From the NCBI GenBank assembly GCA_001724265.1, contig MEDY01000330.1, positions 1 through 47,497 on the forward strand: 47,497 bases of DNA. Direction: 5' to 3'. The notes under the pieces are model-generated. The model made no database searches. It was not told the origin of the DNA and worked only from the letters and a program-made list of their open reading frames with translations. The stretch is from Rhizaria sp. SCN 62-66. Taxonomy: Eukaryota. Position numbers and translations under genes: made by a program. Shown here in pieces: positions 1 through 10,809 of this stretch; the stretch's first letter is position 1, and each line of letters begins with the position of its first letter.

Positions 1-3000
1 CGCGGCCGCCGCGTCGGCCGCGTCGCTGTCCGCGGGCGGTGGCGTGACGCCGACGTCGAGCGGGGCACTGGCGTTGAGCGCGCACAGCGGTGGCGGTGCG
101 CACGCGGCGACGCTGAACCTCACCAGCAGCACCACGGGTCCCGCGGGTTCCTTGCACACCACAACTATGAGCTCCGTTCACTACAGCACGATGACCAGCT
201 CGAGCACTCTCGGCAGCGGCAGTAGCTCTGGCGCCAGCAGCAGCAGCGGGAACGGCGACGGCTCGTCGTCAGAGGGCAACGTGGCGCTTGCCAAGGTGAC
301 CGCGATCCTGTCCCACCTCGGCTACGGGGCCAAGCAGCGCGCTGCGACGCCGCTGCCGCTGTGTCCGCTCTGCGGGCGCCAGGAGCCGCAGTTGCCACCC
401 AACGCGAACCCGTTTATCGTGTCCGCCCACGCCTCTGCTGCAGCGGCTGCGGCGGCCGCAGCGGCCGTCGTGTATGCGCCCGCCACCGAGGGCACTCCGG
501 CGGCTCAGGTCCGTCTTTGCTCTACGACTTGTAACGAAGACTTTTCGACTAAATAGCAAAGTCTAAACGTAAAACCTAAATATTTCATGGGTTAATTGTG
601 ATGTGTATTGCTATTACTTTGTTTCATTCTTACTTGTACTCATACCTGCCTCCATCATCCGATCATTGTTTTGTCCCTATGCAACCTTAGGGTCGTCGGT
701 CCGCGCTGTTCTCGCGCCACCTGCCGTGCGCCAGTCAGTACGCCCACCACCCGCCGTCGCTGCCGCACCACGGCCACCCGCGCGTGCCGGCCTCGACGCA
801 CACCGTGCTCAGCAACAACGCCGCCAGTCACAGCGCAAGCAGTGCCAGTAATGACAGTGTTCAGTCCCCGATGAATGCTAATAGTAATGTCAACGATGGC
901 GGCTCCGTGTTCTCGGCGGCCGTAGCCGCGGCGCACAGCGCCACCATCAGCCTCGGTCTCAGTCTTGGCAACAGCTCAAACAACAACAGCAGCAGGAACA
1001 ACAACGCCAACGACTGCTCGAACGCCGGCACGAGCAACCTCACCAGCAGCGTCGTGTCGTCCTCTGCGGCGACCGCGGCCAGCGTTCTCACTGCGTTCCA
1101 GCTTGCGCCCCTCGCTACCAGTTGCAACACCAGTAGCCAGAGCAACCCCGAGACGACCGAGAGCGATCTTTCTCGTAATCCTTCTAGTCCCCCTCTGGCG
1201 CCGCTCCCTGTGACCGCGCGCATCGAGCTCGTGGCCGCGCCTTCCACGGCCCCCGCGGTTGCGCCCGCGGTCGCCGCCGCGGCCGCCGTGGCCGCCACGG
1301 GCATGCCCGTCGGCAGCGCTCTCCCCGGTCAGCACCGGCCCCTCTGGGCCGCGGCCGCCGCCTACGCCACGGCGTGGCCGCTGCTGCGCTGGCGTCTGCG
1401 CGCCGCCGCGCCCGCGCTTGCCGCCGCGTTCCCGACCAGAGGCGGCGGCGGCGGCGGCGCCGGGGTAAGTGTAAGTGGAAGTGGAAGTGCCGCGGATGTA
1501 AGTAGCGTGCTGCCAACGCGCGTGTTTAACCCGCTCGTGTGGTGTTCGCTGCCCGCGACCGCGCACGTGCAGGTCTTTACCCCCGCAGCCGCCGCCACCG
1601 CCGCCGCGTTTCTCAAGTCGCAGCCGCGGTCTGCCGCCCCCGCCCTTGCCCAGAGCAGCCCCGAGCCCGCCGACGCGCTGTGCGCGGGCGAGAGCACCGG
1701 CTGCCCGGTGCCGATCGCGGGGCTGAACGTCGTCTCCGGCGCCGCCGCCGTGAGCGTTGGCGTGGCGCCCCAGCCGCTGTGCACGCTGCCCCCCGCGCCC
1801 GCGCCGCCGACGGCTTACGCGGGCCCCGACGCCGCGGCGAGCATCGTGTCCGCGCAGCCGCTGTCTGCGCCGCTGCCGTACCCGTTTCCGCCCTCCGCGC
1901 GGCTGGCCGTGGCGAGCGCGCGGGCGACGCGGCGCACGACGACGACCACCACCACGACGACCACGGTCATCATCCGCAACAAGACCGCCAAGCACGATGG
2001 CAACGGGAAGAAGCGGCGCGGCGCTGTGATGGGCAGCGGCAATAACAGCATCGCTGCCGAGAGCATCAACACCGATGACACCATCAACTCTGCTGCTGCG
2101 GCGGCGGCCGAGCTCAAGGAGGTCGAGACCGAGTCCGAGACGGCAACGGCACGCGAGACCGTTGTGACCCGTGTGGTCGTGCCTCTGTTCGGAGTCCGCC
2201 GCACGCAGGCCGCGCCGGCGCCGTTGTCGCTTGCCACCGCGGCGGCGGCGACGCCGCACATCGCGACCCCCGAGGACCTCCCATCCACCGCGGCGGCCAA
2301 GTGTGGTGCCACTGAAGACGCGCAAACCGCCGCAATCAACGGCGCTGGCGCGAGCCTGAGCTCCAGCAGTCTGCAGAGCTCCCCCAGCGGCGGCGCGCTG
2401 ACCGAGACGGAGGTTACGTCGAGCGTGAGCGTGGTCGTCGACTTCGCAGTCGACGCGCGTCTCTCCGCGGCCCCCGTCGAGCCCAGCCACGTGCTCTCCG
2501 TCCCGCTGCCACCGCTGTCCCTCGCACCGGCCCCTGCTGACGCCGCCGCCGCCGCCGCCGCTGCGGGCGCGGGCTCGGGCGGCGCCGGCGCAGTGTCCGT
2601 CGTCGCTGTTGCGGTCGCGGCCAGCGGCGGCAGCGGCGCGGGCGTCAGCTCGCCCAGTGCATCCGTGCTCGGCAGTGGCGCAGGCAGCGGCAGCCTCACG
2701 CTCAGCGGCGCGGGCGCCGGCGCGGGCGGCGCGGTGACTGCGCCCGCGATCAGCAGTGGCGGTAGCGGCGGCGGCGGCGCGGGCGGCAGCGCGGGCTCCG
2801 CGGGCGGCGGCGGCGTTGGCGGCGGCGTCGGCGGCGCGGGCGGCGGCGTGAGCGCCAGCGGGAGCAGCGCGCACCACCACGCGCTGCTGCCGCTGTCACT
2901 GACGGGGCCAGGGCTGCACACAGCGGGCGTGCCGTCGGCCGCGCTGGGGCTCGTGACCATCGCGGCGACCAGCAATAACAACATGAACGCCAGCAGCACC

Positions 3001-4488
3001 GCTGCTGCCGCCGCTGCTGCCGCGGGCAACAGCAACACGCTCGCTGCTCCCAATACCAGCGCAGTGAGCGTGAACAATAGCGGCAACACGTTGTTGACGC
3101 CGTCGTCGCTTACCCACGCGTCCAGCGCTGCGGGAAATAGCTCCGTCTCGGGGGCGGCCGCCACCGGCGCAGGTGCTGGCTCCGGCTCCGGCTCGCCGCC
3201 GCCGAGCTCGAGCTTCAGCGCAAGCGCCGCGGTGGCCGGCTGCCCGCTGTTCCTGTCCGCGCCGCTGCTGGCGCCGTCGGTGCAGGACCCGGCGGTGCTG
3301 CGCGCGCTCTGCTGGCGTGGCGTGCCGGCGGGCTACCGCGCGGCCGCCTGGCACGTGCTCGTGGGCTACGCGCGGCCCCCCGCGCACCCACCAGCGCCCA
3401 CGCCCTCGAACACCAGCGCCACCGCCGCAACGGCGACAACGGGCCCCGGCAGTGTGGCCGCTGTGGCGAGCGGCCTGGTTACTCCCAGCGTGGGCGCGGG
3501 TGCGGGCGCGGGTGTCGCCGCGGAGGACGCCGACGGCGCCGCTGGCGTGAAGCGCGACGCGCTTGTGAGCGCACTGGCGCGGTCTGCTGCGACGTCGCTG
3601 CCGACGCCCGTGCTGGCGGCGCCGCACCCCGTTCTGCCGCCTTCGTCGTACCCTCCCAACGCCAACGCCGGCTCCGCGGGCTCATCCAGCGCGGCCGCCG
3701 ATGCCGACGCCGGCGGCGGCAGCGGGGCCGGCGCGGGGACGGGACTCAGCGCTGCCTCGGCGACGGCGGGCGCGCTGTCGCGCCTCCCGCCGCGCCTGCG
3801 CCGCCGCCTCGAGTACCTCAGCAACACGGTCAACACGGACTGGGGCGTGGGACGGCCTGACTCGTTCCCGCACCTGCCCGCGCTGCGCGACGCAGAGGCC
3901 GCTCCGCCGGCGCTCGCAACCACCGCGGCCGCCGCCGCAGCGGCTGCGGCAGCGACCGCCGCAGCCAACAGCGCTGACCCGGCCGCCACCGCGGCCGCCG
4001 CCGCCGCAGCCGCGGAGGCCGACCTGTCGCTGTCCCTGGGCCTGGCCTCCGGCCCGTCGAGCTCGGGCCACTCGGCGACGGCGTCGCTGTGCGACTGGGG
4101 TCTGCTACCGCCGCTGGAGGCCGCGCTGGCGGGCGACGTGGCCGTCGATGTACCGCGCACGCTGCCCGCGCACCCGATCTTCCACTACCCACCGCTGCAG
4201 TCGCTGCTGATGCGGCTGCTCTACGTGTGGGCCGCGCGTCACCCCGCATCGGGCTACGTCCAGGGCCTCAACGACCTGCTCACGCCCTTCGTCACAGTGG
4301 CGCTCGAGCGCGCGACCGGTTTACCGCTGCGTGTGCTGGACCACCTCGCGGCCGTGGCGATTGGCCGGCCCTTCGCGTTCCCCTCGGATGCAGACGCCGA
4401 CCGCACGGGCTGTCTCGCCGTGGGCGCAGCTGTTGACGCAGCCAACGCGGCGGCGGCGGCGGCGGAATGCAACGAGGCCTTGTTCCTT

Positions 4489-4535
<47 letters not shown>

Positions 4536-6759
4536 TGGAGCGAGTAACTACGCTGACTCGCCCGCGTTCGCTGACGACCACAGCAAGAACTACAACTACA
4601 CCTCGCACCGCCGCTCCGTCACGACCTTTGCCAGCAACAGCAGCAGCGGCAGCGGCGGCAGTAGCGGCAGTAACAGCGGCAAGAGCATTCTGATCCCCGG
4701 CATCCCTGCCAGCGACGACCTGGACCTCGACTGGGCCGAAATCACCGCCAAGCGCTCCACCGCGGGCAACGGTGCCGCGCCGCACGCCAGCGCACTCGGC
4801 AACAACGGCACCAGCGCTGGCGGCACCAGCGGCATCGGCAGCGGCAGCGGCGGTGACGCGTGTGACTCGTGTCGCCGCGCCCGCCGCGCGCTGGTGCTGG
4901 CCTCGGCCGCCGCCAACAGCGCGGCCAGCGGCGGGACCGGCGGGCGCCCCGTGGCGCCGACCTCAGCCGCGAGCAGCAACACTGCGCACAGCGGGCGCGG
5001 CGACGTGTACTCGCCGCCGTCGCTCTCGGCCGACGCCTCGCTCGACGGCGTCGTGTCTCGCGTCGAAGTCACCGACGTCGCCACCGCCGCGCGCGTCTTC
5101 CGCGTCCTCACGGGCGCTTCGGCGCAGGCCGCGGGCCCGCTGTCCCAGTCCGCGGTCGAGCACGCGCTCGTGCGCGGCGCCGACAGCACCGCCGCACTCA
5201 GCGGCGCGGGAGCGACTGAGACGTGCGGCTGCGGCGCGGCGCTGAGCCGGTACCGCGCGTATGTGTACTACTTCGCGCACGCTAACGCGCTCTCGGCCGC
5301 GACCATCTCCGCGGGCGCTGAGGCGCTCTCGGGCACGCCGGGCGCCGCTGCCGCGCTGCCCGCCGGCTCACTAGCGGTAGCCTACCCGTTCCACCTCTAC
5401 GCGGATCCTGCTGCTGGCGACCGCGATAGCACCGTGCTGCCCGCCGCCGCGCTCCCCACCGCCGCCGCCGCCGCTGCGACAGCGGCCGCCGCCACCGCAG
5501 CCGCAGCCGCCGCATCCGCAGCCGCGCCCTGCAGCAACGGCTCCGGCGCTGCGTCGATGAATGCTGTGTCGACTGCGCTGCCGCGGCACGTGGTGTACCC
5601 GGGCGTCGCCCCGGGCACGGTCGTGGTGATCCCTGCGACCGCGACGGCGGCGCGCGCTGCACTCGACGCCGTGCTGCAGATCCCGTCGCTTTGGCACGAC
5701 GTCACCGCGCAGCTCCCCACCTCGGCGCTCGCCACGCTCGCCAACTCCACCACCAGCACCAGCGCAAGCACCAATCCTATGAGCGGCGCGTCCAGCTCTG
5801 CTAACGGGACTGTGGTGCTCGGCCTCCGCGCTGCGGCGGCGTCGGGGCTGGACCCCACGGCGGGCGGCGCGACCAACAACGGCCACGGCAGCGACGCGCT
5901 GTCTCTGCTCGGCTCGTCCAGCTCCACCAGCGTGCGCGGCGCCTCGCTGCGCGCCACCGCGGCCGCCGCGGGCGCCTCGGGCGACCGGCGCAACTCCGTC
6001 GTTGGCGGCGGCGCCGGCGGGAGCAGCGTGACGACAGTGCCGGTGCCGCCGCTCTTCACCCGCGCGCTGGCGTCGTCGCCGCTGCTGCAGACGGTCGAGG
6101 CCGACGCGTACTGGACCTTCTCCGCCGTCGTCGAGTCGATGCAGGACCACTACACGTTCGCGCAACCGGGCGTGCAGCGGATGATGTTCGCGTTTGAGGA
6201 CGTGCTGTACCGCGTAGACCCCGTGACGCACCGCCACATCACCAAAGAGCCCAACCACATTCCGTGCATGCAGTTCGCGTTCCGCTGGATGGCTTGTCTG
6301 CTCATGCGCGAGCTGCGCCACGACCTCACGCTGCGCCTCTGGGACACCTGTCTCGCTGAGGGGCTCGGCGCCGCGGGCGGCGCGGCCGCCACGGACAGCA
6401 GCGCGACCTCGGCGGCTGCGCACAGTAGCTACCATAGTGTGGCGACGCGGCCCAGCGCGATGAGCGTAGGCGGCGGCCAGCCCGTGCTCGCGGGCGGCAG
6501 CGCCATGGCGCCCGGCGCAGACGTCACGCGCGGCGGCGGCAACAACGGCTTCATCTCCTTCTTCGTCTACGTGTGTGTCGCGTTGTTGTTGCGATTCAAG
6601 TCGACGCTGCTGACGCTTGACGCGCCGGACAAGGTGCTGCGCTTTCTGCAGCACCTGCCCACGCAGAGCTGGACGGCAACCGACGTGGAGATGCTTGCCA
6701 GCCAGGCCTACGTCTACCAAGCCATGATCCAAGCCAAGGACAAACAGGAGCACCGGTGA
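1..6759 (+). CDS. TBC1D22: TBC-domain Rab GTPase-activating protein of the TBC1D22/Gyp1 type, 5'-truncated, heavily expanded by low-complexity insertions; exons <1..508, 691..6759
   Basis: Ordered TBC1D22/Gyp1 blocks: LRALCWRGVPAGYRAAAWHVLVGY; VAVDVPRT (IxxDxxR arginine finger); WAARHPASGYVQGLNDLLTPF (YxQ glutamine finger); VEADAYW...QDHYTFAQPGVQ; QFAFRWMACLLMRE; LRLWDTCLAE; FLQHLPTQSWT..DVEMLASQAY. A phase-0 GT..AG AT-rich intron at 509..690 joins ORF 44..556 in frame to ORF 784..6759. Ends TGA. Confidence 0.92.
4489..4533 (+). repeat. CAG/CAA trinucleotide tract encoding Q15 inside the TBC-domain insertion
   Basis: Read directly from the sequence (cagcaacaacaacagcagcaacagcaa...). Confidence 0.9.
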
Positions 6760-7065
6760 GATCTGAAGATTGTTTGGTTTGTAGATCTATAATTTGATTT
6801 TGTGACTTAAAATGTTGTATCTATGTTACTAATGTAACATATTGTTGGAGCAATTATAGCAATACAAGATCTGCTTTGTGCATCATGTAATCATCTTAAG
6901 TTACACTACACAGTTTGAAATACCGAATTCTATTGTCGCGAATGAGGTCATATATATCATTTCTATGACACCTAAATATCATATATTCACATTTGATGCA
7001 TACTATATGCCATATCTAGTTATTAACATCAATTTTCTGGTAATCGATATAACTGCATTTGCATA

Positions 7066-9478
7066 AGGTTCATAAGTTCACGCGCATCAGTGTCTCACAC
7101 ACGCCTGAACGAATCGAAGCACATGTACGAAGAGTTAGATTTGCACTGTTGACCTGGCTGCGGAATGGCATGTGTCTCAAAGCACTGCAACACATTTTCA
7201 TCAAAGGGATGCGCACTATTATCGCTTGTTGACGCAGTCTCCCCCCTCACATACGACATCACAAGCCCGACTGGCACCGCGCCGCGCAGCAAAGTGGCAT
7301 CGCAAGGCTTGAACACAATAAAACACGGTGAATCACACGCCCCCTGACCACTCGTTTTCTTACGAGGCACAACTTCGCGAGGATACATCAGTACGGTGCC
7401 AACTGGATATGTCACGTTTTCACTGGCAGCGGGCGCCGTGTACTCACCGTAAACAATGTCGATCTTAGGAAGTGTGATGGGCACCTTGGCACAGGAGGGT
7501 CCGGAGTGATAATGATGTAGTGTGACAAACGGTAGATGAGTGCCCGGGGACTGGCCAGAAGGAACAAAGCATTGGTGGAATTGGTAACCCAATGCGTAAC
7601 TCTGAGCTGCAGTGCGGAAGTGTGCGGCGTTATGAGGAAACTGCTTGTCGTCAAGACGGATCACCATGTGATGCTGGTCGTGGCCTGTGTTGCTTGCATT
7701 ACGGAACTTAACACGCATGACCACATCAGATGTCATGTTCGTCTTCAACTTCTGCATAGCGTATGTCAGAATGCGCTCGCGAGCCTGTGTTTGCAATAGC
7801 ATAAGTGCCGCAGGAGATGGGAACCCATAATCCCTCGCAGGAGCGGGAGACGGGGTGTACCCATCTACCGCTTCTTTTGCCTGTCGACAAGGATATCCAC
7901 ACTCCTCTAGGCTACATGCCATGTGAGAATCAAATGCAGCCTCCCAATCATCAGACAGGACAACTGACTTCCATGGTGCCTCTAGGACCGCCTCTAAAGC
8001 TGTCCTTACGGAAACTTTTGCTGTGGCTTCCGCAGCCGCCTTTGCAGCCCCTTCCGCCTCTGCAAAAGCCACAGCAGCAGCACTTTCTGTCCTCAAAATC
8101 CAGTCCACGGGAACAGCTTCCGCCAGCATATGCAGCGCGCGTTTCTCATGGAAAACGTCTGGAAACGCCACAGCGACACGCACACACCACTTCGCATCTA
8201 TAGACGCTGTCGTTACTCCCTGCCCGTCTGCCATCTGTGCAAAGACAACAGCAGCGGTGCGCTTATTGACATCTGTAAGCAGCATTGTAGCAACAAGACC
8301 AGAGCTGTCAGTGTTGTCATTGTCAGACTGAGCTCCTCCGCTGCTCTTGCTGTCATCATTGCGCAGCACTGTAAAGATTGCACGGACAGTGCCAAACTCG
8401 CAGGTGTTTTTACTAACAGCGTCGCCACAGTCAACTAGATCAGAAGTCGCAGAGATGTTCTTGCCAGTATCATTCGCTTTGTTGTCATTATCAATGCCAT
8501 CTTCAACGTCGTCGCTGTCCCCACTCTCGATCAGTTTGGTAACAGCCCTAGCACGTGCTTTGCAGGCGTCATAGCGTGTAGCAAGGCTTGCCGATAGAAT
8601 ATTCGCCGTGACCTCACCGACAAGCGCACATTTGCACTGCGGAAAAGGTGTTGCAGATGTTGTAAGACTTGAACCTTCGTTTGCGTTTGCATTGGACGGC
8701 TTGCCTTCAATAGCTGCGCCCGTAACGGCTCTATCTTCGCTATCTTGCAGTTGTGCCTGTTGAGACAGAAGCACTGGAGAAGCCCCGCAACCGCAGCCGC
8801 GGCGCACAGAGCACGCGAAACGCACGCCGCACAGCTCAACCGTGCCAATCTCAGCAACGAAGCCGTCGCCGCTAGATGCAGAGAGCAAGTCGGCGAGTGG
8901 CACATCAGCTTCGCACGTGACCTCGCACGGTACGAACCCATCAGTCGCATCGGTGGTCGCTGCCTCAAACGCAGCACGTGCAGCAACCCAGGGTGTGTTG
9001 GCAAGCGTATTATGGATCGCTTGCTCTTTAGGCCCACTGTCATCGAGGTCAACGCCTCCTGAGAAAGGCCAGACGGGCCGTGACGCTAGGAGCCGACTGA
9101 GACGTGTGATACTTGGCGCATCGGTGGCGCCAGACATGCTCGTAAGTGTGTTTTGCGTCAGCGTTAGAACCTCCTGCTCTTGCTTGGTGCGCTGTGACAG
9201 AAAACGTCGGAGCTGTTTTGACAACGCTGACACGGGAGCAAGCGCTTGGGATGGATACTGCTTAGTTGTGGCTAAAAGTGTGGCCAGCTTGGTTTCAGTT
9301 TGCGTGCGTAGGGCTTCAGTGAGTGCGATCTCATCCTTGAGCTGTTGCGCCAGTGTGGCAATGCGCGGGGCGAGAGTGGCAGCGTGAGAGCGGAGCTTAG
9401 CATACTGGGCGGCAACGGGGCGGATGGCGTGGTTATAGTGTTCACCGTTGATAAGCGCGCAGTGGCTGCAGACAACGT
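7066..9478. repeat. Copy 1 of a ~2.4-kb same-orientation duplication (copy 2 at ~45040..47497)
   Basis: Long near-identical nucleotide runs are shared, e.g. tgttgacctggctgcggaatggcatgtgtctcaaagcactgcaacacattttcatcaaa and gagtgcgatctcatccttgagctgttgcgccagtgtggcaatgcgcgggg. Similarity continues past the stop codon (cataagttcacgcgcatcagtgt). Confidence 0.95.
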
Positions 9479-10164
9479 TGACACATGTGTCGCACCAAAA
9501 AAGCATAAGCACGGGCTCGCCATGCTTGTAGCACCACTAGCACGTATAATACAAGTATGAATCATAGAAGGTAGTATGAGTGAGGACCAGTTGAAACAAC
9601 AAGTTTCTACATCGAAGAGATATCAATCCGAGCTTCAGTTGTAAGCGCTCGTTTTCGGAGAAGCACGTATAACACAGCAGTTTAATGTTGGCGCTGTATG
9701 ATATCTGCAGTCATGCTTGCTGCTGAGACGTACACTAGGGTCGCGGTGCGCGGACTGATTGAGAACGGAGACAGCAACACCATTTTTAGTACTACCATCG
9801 CTGCCACGGCTGTTGCCCTTGCCTGATGGAGTGTTGTGGCCATGGTGAGCGGACGAGAGATCGTCTTGCAGTTTAGTTTCGGCCTATGGCAGGAGAAGTG
9901 GTGAAGCAACATCAATGTTTAACAGTCGGTGAGATTTTCGTCTAAGTAAAGAGGCGATAGTGGTCTTTTTGATGCAACGATATTGAAGTTTGAGAGTCAG
10001 TTGATGCAGAGGAAGGTTATTTGCAAAATATTGAGAGCGAGCACGAGGAGTCGTAGCACTGCAATTACCTTGAAGCAAGCTTGACAAAGACTTGGGGGGC
10101 GATCTTTGCCTGTGGACTGCATTGTTTTGCCACATATCTTACAGATCGACACTCGTGATGTCAT
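7095..10164 (-). CDS. ~895-aa protein: N-terminal C4 zinc-binding motif, B-box, coiled coil, degenerate MATH-like region (TRIM37-like), then a C-terminal degenerate cyclophilin-like module; exons 10164..10069, 9883..9734, 9536..7095
   Basis: Exon 1 encodes MTSRVSICKICGKTMQSTGKDRPPSLCQACFK (CxxC-x15-CxxC). Two phase-0 GT-AG introns (donors GTAATT and GTACGT) keep the frame. B-box2 pattern CYKH-x9-CDTC-x4-CSHC-x6-HYNH. Heptad-rich helix follows. The C-terminal segments MVIRLDDKQFPHNAAHFR / GYQFHQCF / IVYGEY / VGTVLM / DSPCFIVFKPC / LLRGAVPVGLV follow the order of cyclophilin motifs. Ends TGA. Confidence 0.8.
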
Positions 10165-10809
10165 GTTGTTGGGTGCCTAATCAAAGCGCAACGTGCGAAA
10201 CAATGCAACTGGTTTCGAAAGTGAGCGAGACAAAGGACGACCTCAGGAAAATTGGCCGGTCGCAACCCAAAGTAATGTATCTTAAAGCGCAATAAACAGA
10301 ATATAGCAAGCGCATTGACTTAATTCCGTGGTACTTTACAATAATGTCATCTGACGAGGGACATGACACGATAATGACATTTTGGTGAAGCATGTCTCTA
10401 CATAAGCAATATTTTCCGGCTTGGCACATCATGCTTTCAATGATGCATTGCTGTAATGTGCGTCTATTCTATCAATATTCAATTGCAGTGAACAGGTACA
10501 TATATAATCTAAATTTTCTGTACCACACTTTTAAGTTGAATATCTCTCACTTTGAGCAATATATCCTTCAAAATAATTGTTTGGATTTGGTCTGCAGTTG
10601 TCGGAGCGCGTGAGGATCCGGTTCCAAGATAGGTAAGGGCCCAACTCTTCCCCATGCTCACAGTCATTTCAACATATCCTGTCGTTTATCTTTCCCATCT
10701 GTAAACGAGCGTCGGTATGAACTGTCCTGAGGGGTTCTTGATCAAAGCATGCCTAAGTCATCAGATGTGACGTTTTATTATTGGCAGTGCTGCTGTCTGC
10801 AAGAAGACT

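Noticed and set aside
4320..6085. Intein or mobile element as the source of the TBC (and HAL) insertions
   Set aside because: No intein terminal motifs (N-terminal Cys/Ser block, C-terminal His-Asn), no endonuclease motifs, no terminal repeats; composition is simple low-complexity sequence.
861..6753. Many long antisense and alternate-frame ORFs overlapping the TBC gene (and likewise the other large genes)
   Set aside because: Expected shadows of very GC-rich, codon-biased coding DNA; the translations are Arg/Ala/Gly-rich with no motifs.
10069..10164. Calling exon 1 a RING finger, which would make the gene a complete TRIM
   Set aside because: Only four cysteines (CxxC...CxxC) are present; the C3HC4 pattern is not.
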